Source of the DNA: Lepidodermella squamata | Taxonomy: Eukaryota > Animalia > Gastrotricha | DNA: 64,000 nt | NCBI GenBank assembly: GCA_047495785.1 | Contig: JBLDXI010000024.1 | Location: 992,001-1,056,000, forward strand | Reading direction: 5' to 3' | Part shown: one piece after another, positions 50,627-61,234 of the stretch | Layout of the letters: every line of letters starts with the position of its first letter | How positions within the stretch are numbered: position 1 is the first letter of the stretch | The notes under the pieces: generated by a model | What the model was told of the DNA's origin: nothing | Databases searched by the model: none | Seen by the model: the letters and a program-made list of their open reading frames with translations, nothing else | Program-made: the position numbers and the translations under genes

Positions 50627-51851
50627 AATCGACCGACGACGCCGACTCTGCAATGCCGATCCTCCTCTCGACGACCATCCTGAGTTGAAACTGCTGATAT
50701 TAGAGCTATAAATAAATATAAACATCATCGATAATAACTGTAACTATGTATCAAGGCAAAAGCACTGCGCTTCGTTCGGCTGCTACTTTTCAAAAAAGAG
50801 TCCGCGCCGAACGAAATCATCATTTTTTGTCTCATCATTATATTTACGTTGAATCAAAAAGCGACAATGTATAATGTAGTAATATATAGTGAAACTATTG
50901 TTGACGCGATAAATTTCCGTTTCACGATTTATTTAAAAATATGAAAAAAATATCCGTCTTCTCGATTTTCCTTTCTCTCACTTGTTGTTGCTGCTGATAT
51001 TGGCGTTTTCTTGCGGGCCTGATCGTTTATTACTATATTACACCTTCGTCTTATTTATTCATCAACAATGACAAGCGCTTATTGTGCATTTTTTCGTTTC
51101 AAAATGGACGACGCATATGCCACCATGAGAGGTGTCTCTATCGATTTTTATAATTTATCAGATAATTTGAACTATATTTATGACTCCATCAAATACTTTA
51201 ACCCGCACTCTAGAGCGAGAAGTCAAAGTCACGAAAATCGGTGCTAAAAAAACAACCTGTAAAAATTGCTATTATAACGCGCTTTTCACCTCTCATCAAA
51301 CTTGATATTTCCTTTTTAATGATGATTTTACATTATTTTGAAACTGCGGACATGACTGACTGAATCGATATTGTGCCCATTGGTGTTTGTACAAAGCTGA
51401 AAAAATGCATTTGATAATTTATTGGTGCGCTTGTTGTTGAGCGGAGTGAATGATGAGATGGTTTATTTACAATTTTACATGACAAGTAATGGACGATTGG
51501 TGGTAACTCTCTCATATCGAGCGAACAAGTGTGGACGCACGTTGTCCAAAAACTGTTATATATTTCAGTGTGAAATGCTATTATGGCGCTTTTTTATACC
51601 GTGTTTCAGTATCTTCTTCTACTTTATCTAACATCAACGTCCCTATTCTGGTTATCAAATAATGATATTATTATTATTGTAAGACTAATTCGTGTTATTA
51701 ATATAACATCTTATCAATAATTGTAATGGAAATAAAACACTTCTTCCAAAGCAAGACACGACTTGTTTTTCCGTACTTTTAAAATTTTATTGGCTATTTT
51801 TTGAGCAATCGATAAAAATTTATTTTGCCAAAAAATCATCAACAAGGTGAG

Positions 51852-53336
51852 TTATTTCGACCGAAGAACTCGAACGTTCCTATCCAGCTTCTCAGGTGAC
51901 GGCGGCGTAATTTTCCGCTTCGGAATATATTTTTCGAGGGCCGCCTTGAATGAATCGGTTCTCTTCGCTTCGAGCATTATACCAATGATTTGGTCCAGCG
52001 TCAAGTTTTTGCTACCCTGGATCCATTTCAGATGAACATCGAGCGGCAGCTTGGCGTGGGCGATCCGGTCACGCTTCGCTCGAGCAAGAGATAGCGGTTT
52101 CTGAAAGATTATAAAAATTCCTCGTTAATAACTTTTTATATCTAGAACTAAATCGTCCGCAAAATCAGAATTTACTCAGTGAATCATGCTATACAACAAA
52201 GCTTATCGCACGGTAGAGCTAGCACGCAGTTCCACTTCAGTGCTCATATGAATCTCTATTGGCAGCTGACTCATCTTTAGACAAGATGAATAAAAAAGCT
52301 CTTACCTGTTGTCCCAGGTCGACGATTCCGCCGATGATATACGTTGTGTCGTGGTCAAACTTGCGAATAATATTCGGTGAATCAGCCGACAAGTAGCACA
52401 GCTGCTGGCGAGGAAATACCTCCAAATAATGCTCCTTGTGAATGTCAACCAGTTGCGTCTCCCAGTCTTCTGTACTACAAAGAAATCGGAATGATAAAAT
52501 AGCTTAAGAAACCAGAAAAATTACGGAATAGCTTTCCGAAAAGCCTTCATCGCCCGCCCATCCGCCCTCATGTTACAGATGTGAAGGTGGAAGCAATCGA
52601 CATAGCGCCGATTAAGGCCATAACAGGTCAGGAATTGATCGACTGTGTTTATAACCTCGCGGTCCTGAAAATAAATGTTGAAAATCGGTTTGAATATTAA
52701 TTTCCGAGTAATATTTACAGTCATTTCATCTTCGTAGCTGAAATCAAACACCAATTTCTGGCCGAATTTCATGGCGTGGATCACTCGGTTTTCATAGCCT
52801 CGGTTCATATACGAATCGGTTATCATTTGAAAAAGCGTATTTTTCGGGGGTCGATCTGCGTTGTTTTCAGTTCGAAGTTTCAAACGCTCTTGGTGCGCCT
52901 TCTGACGCTCAGCCTTTTTCTTCTCATCATTGATATGAGTCAGCTCTTTTTTGCGAAAAAACGAATGCATTTTCGTGCGAGCGCCCTGAGACCGACAAGC
53001 TAGTAACTGCAACCACTGGTCAGTCGTGATATTTTCCGCAACTCGTTCACCTGCGTATAACGCGACGTCATACTCCATTTGTATGATTCGAAGTTTATGC
53101 CGCTCTTCAACCGATAGAGCATTCAATCTTTCATCGCCAAAATCGTGTTTAGCCGTAGCTTCTAACGCCGAACTAGCGGCATCAGGAGAAGTCAATGTTG
53201 CCGTAGAAGACGGCGTAGTTTTCTTATCAGCATTCGCCAATGGCTGCGACGAAAATTTTGCCTTCGAAATGAAGGTTCGAGGCGCAAAATTTAAGGCTGT
53301 AACCAGACTTCGACGCAAACTCGGAATAACAAACAT
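51852..53336 (-). CDS. TRMT10C: Mitochondrial tRNA methyltransferase / RNase P protein 1 (TRMT10C/MRPP1), about 391 aa; exons 53336-52719, 52664-52525, 52474-52306, 52100-51852
   Basis: Basic, Ser/Thr-rich N-terminus resembling a mitochondrial presequence; AMKFGQKLVFDFSY, YLSADSPN, YIIGGIVD, AKLPLD.HL.W and KNLTLDQ SPOUT/Trm10 motifs. Confidence 0.93.
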
Positions 53337-53500
53337 CTATTCCAAAACAGAAGCAACTTTATTATAATCATAAGAAATCAACCGGTTGACAAAATAGCGA
53401 TTGCATTTCAAGTGCAAAGTTCAAAAGCCTGTTCTGAGAAAACTAGAAAGCATGCAGCTGGGATAGGAAATAATCGATCGACAATACACGATTTTCAAGA

Positions 53501-54518
53501 TTAATCTATTTCTTGTTCGTTCGCCTCGCGAAAACCTTCGCAACAGCACTGAACGTGAATTTCGAAATCCGACTGAGTAAAATCGGCGGAGAGCTCAAAA
53601 GCCTTGCCGCAAATAGGACATTCCATTTGTTTGGGCGACGACGAGCCGGCCTGGTTTGATGTGCACTGCATCAAATGGGCGACGGCTTGGGCTTCTGAGG
53701 TGTCAGACTCGAATTCGAGATTGCAAATCGGGCAGTTGTACTGCGATCCCTGCTGACTGTTGCTGGGATTTCTTTCACGGACAGTACTAACCAATAACCG
53801 ACTCAAGTTAGCGTCGGCCAGCTTTGTTTCGATTGGCCGCATAGTTTCAGTCGGAGCAGCTGGCTCCTCGGTATCGGAAATATCGGCGATAACTAAAGAA
53901 CTGGTAGCCGAATAAACGTTACGTTCCGGCGATTGAGGTGGAAGCGATTGCCCAGTTTGCGATTCGCGACTGCAATTCAGTGCAGGAATTAGACCTTCAG
54001 ACTGGGTCTGCGCCTCAGCCGTAATTAGATCAACTTGGACTGCTACCTCTGCTACTTCACTTTGAGAAGGCTTCGGCATGCTTTGCACTAAACATCTCAG
54101 GATTATTGGGAAACTGATTAAAATCCTAAATCATACCTGTTAACGATTTTGATTGACAATTAACTTGTTGTAGAATATCAACTACTCGATCGTTGTACAG
54201 CGAAATGATTTTAGCCAAATCCGAAGGTTCAGAAGCTGGTCCAATTGAGGCAGTAGAATTTTGCATTGGAGACGACGGTTTACTAACACCAATTGAAGCG
54301 CCTTTGCGCTTTTTCAGAGTGTTGATCTCATCACGGGAACTTGCTAGCTTCTTACGGAGATCTTCGTAGGCTTTTAGCAGAGCCATGAAACTGTTTTTCA
54401 GTTCAGCGTACTGCTTCGTTTGCTCTTGAGGCGTACGGGGCTGCTGGAGCTCAAGTAAAACCAAACTTTCCGAAAATTCTTCGCCTGACAGCACGTAAAC
54501 TTCTTCGTCGTCAGCCAT
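53501..54518 (-). CDS. Coiled-coil and tandem UBZ-type zinc finger adaptor, AZI2(NAP1)/TBKBP1/TANK-like, about 322 aa; exons 54518-54137, 54087-53501
   Basis: N-terminal DDEEVYVL and FMALLKAYEDLRKKL coiled coil; two CPIC...F...H...C fingers at the C-terminus; a 49-nt phase-1 intron joins the two ORFs. Confidence 0.7.
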
Positions 54519-55045
54519 TATACGTTTAATTAAAAACTATAAACAGCAGGGTAGAAAGTGAGATTCAAGTTAAAGCTTCAAGGCTCAAACGCTACAAATT
54601 GGACTAAATGAACATGATGAAGTTTGTCGTTTGCCCAATGATATTGCAAAGCAGATTGAAGCAACACATTAGCAACAATAATGGAGTTATGATCTAATTT
54701 GGTCCTTTTTGACACCTGCTCAGCAGCAAAGCAGCAGGTAGGCTGCTTTGGGACATGGTCCTATTTCTATGCATCCAAATATTGTTCATAGTAGAATTAC
54801 CTACGGGATTTTACGTAAATTGCAGTCAGCTGATCATCACAGCCACAGCCACAGAGTTTTGATCCTACAGCCTCAAAGCTCAGGGTCAGGATTCCTCGAA
54901 AAATCCACTCCATCCACCGTCAAAAAGCGGGTTTTATGGCTGGCCACGTGACTAATATTAGTTTTCAGTTTTGAAACATAATAAAAACATCTACAAAATT
55001 TCATCTATTAATATTTTTTCTATTAAAATGCTAAAAATATTAAGT

Positions 55046-55073
55046 TTTGGCGGGAGTTTTTCAAATTTTTGAA
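55046..55073 (+). promoter_or_regulatory. E2F site with adjacent CHR-like elements upstream of ORC5
   Basis: TTTGGCGGGA at 55046-55055, followed by TTCAAA (55060-65) and TTTGAA (55068-73), about 100 bp before the ORC5 ATG. Confidence 0.55.
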
Positions 55074-55153
55074 AATTGAAAAACTAGGGAGTTCACGGAG
55101 TTGAGGAAGACCGTCAGCTGATTTGTTGATTTCCGAAATTTTCTCAGCCAGCG

Positions 55154-56857
55154 ATGAATTTGCGGCAAGTTGAAAGCCAGGCAATCATCAGCCTTCTGGC
55201 TGAAGTGAGTTTGCGCTTAAATAGAAGATGAAACGTGATTTGCTTTGCTTTGTTGATAGGATGCATTGCCGTCAAACATTTTGGTACTTGGACCATCTAG
55301 CTCAGGAAAATTTTCGACTGTCGAACATTGTTTGAAGGTATTTAACGACGTCAAGTTTTGATTTATTCGAAACCCATTTTACAGGTAGTTCGGCATCAAT
55401 CTACGTTTATTAACTGCCTGGGATGCTACAATCCAAAAAGTGTTTTTGAGGGTATTCTGTTGAACATTTTGCACAGTTCGAAATCATCGAGCGACTTGAT
55501 CGATGCGTCTTCCGCTGCTACCTGCAAATCGGGAGCTCAGTTTATCCGTCAGCTGCGATCAGTTTTCGAGGATGCCAGTATAAAGTCGTTTTGCATTGTA
55601 AGTTGCTTTTATGTTGTAGCATTGTTTCATGGCTCGCGTAAAATATTAGGTTTTCCGAAATTCCGAGCGTCTCTTGGAAGTCCTAGATTCATCAACTCTC
55701 TCACTTATGGCTCGTCTCAGAGAGCATACGAAGTTGAACGTTTGCTGCATTTTCATAAGCACAGCTCCGGTTCAAAAATTCTTCGCAAGACCAGACTTCC
55801 AATCAACGGTCGTTACTTTCCGCCCTTATACTGCCGATCAGCTTATTGCCATCAGCAAAGCTTCCTTGATTTGCCCACCAGACATGCCTCAGTCAATCTT
55901 TGATTGGTTTGTTGAATTTCTGTTCCGAAGTGTGCAGAGTATTACTCAAGATCTTGTTGAGATACGTTATCTGGTGAGTTTAGCGGAACATTAGCAGGTA
56001 GATTTTACTTGACGATTTCTCTTATAAATCAGCTATCTGCTTGCTTGCCGCGATTCCACAAAATGTTCCTTGATTTGACGGACAAGTCTTCCAGCAATTC
56101 TGTTTCGAACGTTTTTGGATCTCCAAGCAAAATCGGCAATAGGAACAATAGCAATTCAATGGCCCTAGCTCAACTTCATAAGCAGTTGGCTGTGATTGTC
56201 GAACTGATTTGCCAGCACGGCGTTTACACCAGGACATTGGTTGATCCGCCAGAAAGCATTAGCAGTGAAAGCTCGGCTGGCTTTCTAGGATTTTTACCAA
56301 GTGGCGCTTCTTCGAACTTGCTTCCAGCTGAAGTAGCCCTTAGCCACCTTTCAGCCCAGGCGAAATTACTTGTGGTCGCCGCCTTTGTTGCAGCGAAGAA
56401 TCCGCCATCGAGCGATAGACTTTTGTTTGAAAGCAAAACATCGAAGGCTGAAAATCGAGTTCTAGCCAAGCAGCGTCGTAAGAATGAACGAGCGAGGACA
56501 GCGAATGTGAATCCAGTTCCTCAACCACCTCGAATGTTTCGCTTGAGGCGTCTAGTTAGTATTTACCAGTATTTTGCCTCGGTGGCGTCTATCGCTCATA
56601 AAGCCCTGGAAAATGAAGAAGACGGCGATGTGTCAGATGTGATTTCATCCGACGTTATGAACGCAATCACGTCCCTGGTGGACTTGCGACTTCTATCGGC
56701 TGCGAAATCGAAGGACGCTCTTGCCAACCCAGCTTATTACTGTTCATTACACTACGATGACGTGTCGCGCATTGCCAAATCGGTGAATATCATGAACTTG
56801 GAGGCTTATTTGGACGACTTTGGCTCAGGTGGCGGCGCGGCATTTGACGACGGTTAA
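55154..56857 (+). CDS. ORC5: Origin recognition complex subunit 5, about 496 aa; exons 55154-55204, 55260-55337, 55385-55597, 55650-55973, 56033-56857
   Basis: P-loop-like GPSSSGK, FINC..CY, F.PYT..QL..I and ORC5_C motifs KLLVVAAFVAAKNP...D.LLF, PRMF.L.RL.SIY and I.SLV.L.LL. Confidence 0.88.
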
Positions 56858-57613
56858 TTTTTGACTCGTTTTAATCCTCAATTTGTGACTATTGCATAGC
56901 ATGCTTTTCTCAGTTCTTCAATAAAGTTTGTCAAGATTTATAATAATTACCTTGCTATTTTTGAAGTATTATGAGGCTGTAATATGAGGTGTAATTACCT
57001 TGTTGAAAGCCCTATAACCATTCACGGCCGAGTATTGTTATACTAAATTTGTAGCGAGACAAGCCGATAAAGGGCGCACGCCTCTCATTGAGCGAAAACC
57101 GAAAACATGGCCTAATAGTATGAAATGAATCGTCACTCGCATTTTGAGAAGTTGTTGAAACTTGGGCGTAAATTGTTGTGTGGGTAAAAATTGTTGGCTG
57201 TAAACAGTAGCGATTGTTTACCCTCGTTTCCTGGCGCGGAATATGCAGTCGATTTAGCGATTATACCCAGTCCGTTAACCACGAGCCTGAAATTTATTAC
57301 AATGTTATATTAGGCCGTTAATTAACTGCGTTATATACGCATCGCCAGGCTAAATTACTAAATTTGATTTTAATATTTATGGCACTATCTTCATACGACA
57401 GAACTTTCTTAGCTAGGATGAGGGCGAAATGAGCCCCCTTTTAGGGTTATATATTCGGATCACGAGACAACTATTAATAACAAAATCTTACCTTTATTAC
57501 ATTATCGATTGTAAAACAACTGTTGCACCGAGATACGTTGCGCTCATCAGTTTCATTTAATAATTATTTTATAAAACTGTAAATAAGTTTGAAATGCTAG
57601 ATCGACGTCAGAA

Positions 57614-58826
57614 ATGGATGGGTTTATTTTAATTTTGCTGATTTGTTTCAACTTTTTTGGTAAGTCTCTATTTTATTTTTATTTTCGCTGAATGAAATTT
57701 TTAATAGCTACAATTTTCGCTCAATGCACGTCCATAACGTTCATCTACGGCGTTGCCCCTGACACTGGACAACACGGCAATAACGGATATATTGAAAATC
57801 ATCGCGGCCCTGGGTATCGGTATTATCCGAATGAAAACTGTGGCTGGCAAATATCAGTTAGCAAAGGCTCAGTAATTCGGTAAATCGCATTATTTGTATT
57901 CTTTCGATGAATTATAAATGGATTCATTTTCAGATTTTTGTTTCAGTCGATTGATATCGAAAATTCAAGTAACCTAAATTCACTTGATTTAACTACCCTA
58001 AAAACTTCTATTATTTCAGCTTATTGCGATAATGACTGGGTTGAAATTAAGGATGGATTTTCATTTTCCTCATCGATAACTGGCAGAATTTGTGATAGCT
58101 CAGTCGTCGGGCAATGGTTTTACACGACAGATATCACAGGATTCGTCCAATTTCAAACGAATGGTTACATTGAAAGGCGAGGATTTACGTTATACTGGGA
58201 GAAAGGTGCTCGATTTTTTTTTAAATTGTTACTATAAACATTAATTATTTTAGTGGCAACTATGATCCCAGACTCTGCATTTTCCGATGCAATGAAATCT
58301 GTCCCAATGATTTCTGGCACGAGGCTAAGCTACAATATGACAACCCAAACTACACCCGAGATTCAAACGGCTAGTTTCAGTCTTATGGTCAGCATTACGG
58401 CCGTCGTTGGGATAACTTTTGGAGTCGCCTTAATTGTGATAACAGGAATCTTAATTTGCGTAGTTTTCCCCAAGTAAGACTTTTCTTGTCTCTCGCTCCT
58501 TTTGAGGAACATTTTTTGTATCAATTTTAGGAAGCAAGAACTCGCGGAAAGGATTATGGGCGATTTTGAGGTGGAAGCCGCAACGCTCCAGTCTAAAACC
58601 TGTGTGCAAGTGACTCAGAATCAGCCGGCTCAAGCTCAACATCAGCGAAAATCGATACTAAGCCAGTCGAATCGGCATAACGAGGTTAGGAGTTGCATTA
58701 ACTAAAAAAAATCTCCGCCTTTAATGTATTGTCTTTTTTCGGTGCGTCGTCTGCCGGTCTGCCTAATAGAGCCTGAACGAATTGGAATACGAAAATATAC
58801 CAATGATAGATTCGTTGATGAGATAG
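57614..58826 (+). CDS. Single-CUB type I membrane protein, copy 1, about 289 aa; exons 57614-57659, 57708-57879, 57934-57968, 58020-58205, 58254-58473, 58531-58684, 58770-58826
   Basis: Signal peptide; CUB (GYIEN...YYPNENCGWQI, C..DWVEIKDG, GRIC, F.TN....RRGF); Ser/Thr stalk; TM helix; tail ending LEYENIPMIDSLMR. The last exon is less certain. Confidence 0.85.
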
Positions 58827-59617
58827 ACACCTAAGCGCGGCGAGTTTTCGTGTTACAATTATCGGAGATTTTTTTCGCCGATGCTGCCGGGCGCCTCAAT
58901 CCAGCCAAAAAAACTCACCTGTTTTCTTATCTCCACTCTGTTTCATGTGATCGATTGATTTGCGTTAATAATAATCGTATCATTTTTTTTTGAACCGATG
59001 TTATTTTAATCGATTGAAATCGCGGTATATACTCACTTGATGATGAGGTTTACGTGTTCGATCAAGGCGTGCAGGTCGCTATATTTGCAACAGACTGCTG
59101 CTTTAAGGGTGAAGTTTTTTAAGCATGAAATCTATACATTTCCGATCCCCTAGCGAATTATATACATGTCTGAGTAAATTTTCGCATGATTTCGTGCGGC
59201 TCGTTTCCTGAGACAGTTTACTCCACGAGATCAAAGTCGCGTAGGCAAATACGTATACGGAGCTTACTTAGCAGTAATGGGAATGCCGTCTGGATAAAAT
59301 TGATTATTTCCTCCCTTCATTACCATAATCTTTGCTTTCCTCTCACTTGACACGTGAGACTTCTAGAGTAGTCTGGGCCCGCGATAGGTAAACGAAAGCT
59401 GAGGCTATGATGCTTCACGATTTACTTCTTTCACCCGCTGGCGATTTTCGGTATCGTTACTGATCGATCAATTTTTTTCATACTAGATTCGACCTAGCGA
59501 TGACAATTTCTGCGAGAAGTCGCTGAATTAAGCCTTCTTCAATGCCTTAATTTCCAGAGGTGAGAGTTTTTTTCGAAATTATCCTGAATTTTTTAGAATT
59601 TCATCATTCTAGCCTCA

Positions 59618-60889
59618 ATGAAGAAAATCCGCCTAAAAACGATAATTGACCTTTATGGCCTATTTTTGCCGTCAATTTTGTCATTTTTTCCTTGTAAGTC
59701 GATTAATTATAGACGCAAATGCATGACTAAGACACGCTTTTTAGATTTGAGTGTTGCCGATTCTGGCTGTTCGAGCACGCCAACAGTACACGGCGTATCC
59801 GACGGCCTTATTAGCGGTTATATCGAAAATAAACGTGGTCCTGAAAATAAATATTTTAGCAACGAAAACTGCAGTTGGCTGATCTTAATTGACGATGGCT
59901 ATAATATTCGGTGGGTTTAATTAGCGCTATTTTATTCCCTTAATTTGTTGCTTTCGCGTGGCACAGGTTTAGCTTCCTAAACGTTACGATGGAGTACTCG
60001 AGTAAGTGGCTGTCGATAACATTTTTTTATCCTATTCATTCGATTTGTTCTTGCGCAGGTGGTTGTGTGAGGGATTTTGTTGAAATTCGAGACGGCTCAA
60101 CTGTGAACGCAGACTCATTGAGCGGCAAAGTTTGTGCGTACAACTCGGTGGCAGGGCGCAGCTTCACATCGACCGGCAACGTAGCTTTAGTTCACTTTAA
60201 AACAAACACCAACAAAGAGAGTTACGGCTTCAAATTATTTTGGGAAAAATCTGAAGGTAGCACAATTTAAGGTGGAATTTTTAAATTTATTTAAATTTAT
60301 TTACAGAAATGCCTCAGCTGTTAACGACCCGGTCTACCCCGGTAAGTAGACGGCTTGTGACTGTAGCCGGCGTGAATTTCCTAACTTCAACACAGCCGCA
60401 TACGATGACAACGTCGATACACGAGTCGCTGTTGCACGGGGCCAGCATGGAGATGGTCCTAGGCATCACCTCGGTTGTCGGCGTTACTTTCATCGTTGCT
60501 CTCGTTCTTATTTGCTTAATCGTCGTTTGCATTGTTTGCAAAAAGTAAGAAATTAATCTCCGTTTTTTCTTTATATTTAAAAAAAATATTTAATCTTAGA
60601 AGCAAAGTTCCGGACGAAGATTTGGAAGAGGATATTCTTGCGTCGAACACGGAGAATAATACGAGGCGAAATGTCCTTCGGCAAGAACTGCTTTTAACCG
60701 AGGAAGAACTGGAAGATTTACGCCGGTGCATCACAGCTTCATCGCATGAAGATGTTCGACCTCTTGGGGTATTTAATCCACCCTAATTTTTTAATATTAA
60801 AATTGATTAATTTTGGTATTTTACAGGTAATTTCTAAGCAAAATGGTCATTATTCGAACCACACTCCAAAAACCGAGCAATACTCATAA
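59618..60889 (+). CDS. Single-CUB type I membrane protein, copy 2, about 314 aa; exons 59618-59693, 59745-59910, 59967-60001, 60059-60256, 60307-60544, 60600-60768, 60827-60889
   Basis: Same intron positions and phases as copy 1; YFSNENCSWLI, CVRDFVEIRDG, GKVC, FKTN....YGF; TM helix; acidic tail. Confidence 0.85.
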
Positions 60890-61234
60890 ATTTTATGTGT
60901 TGAAGCACTAGCCATGTGAAATTAAGAGAATGATTTTGCTGTGGTGAAATGAGCGGCTGCGACCTACTTGCCATGATTGTGATTGTTTTATTATTATTTT
61001 ATTCAAGTCTGTTTTTTTGCGTTAATTTCAGAAAAAGTTTTACCGAGTGAATCAGCGGCGAAAATACTACGAAGAAATAATAAGAGAATTAATCACAACG
61101 CGTGTCGAGTGTGTTACTCACTAATGTTCAAGGTTACACTATACAGGTGCTGCGTTCATCTCAGTTTTAAAAGCCAAAGCGTGGCTGTGTTTAACAGGCA
61201 TTTATATTTATATTCTTAGTTCAATGATACCGCG

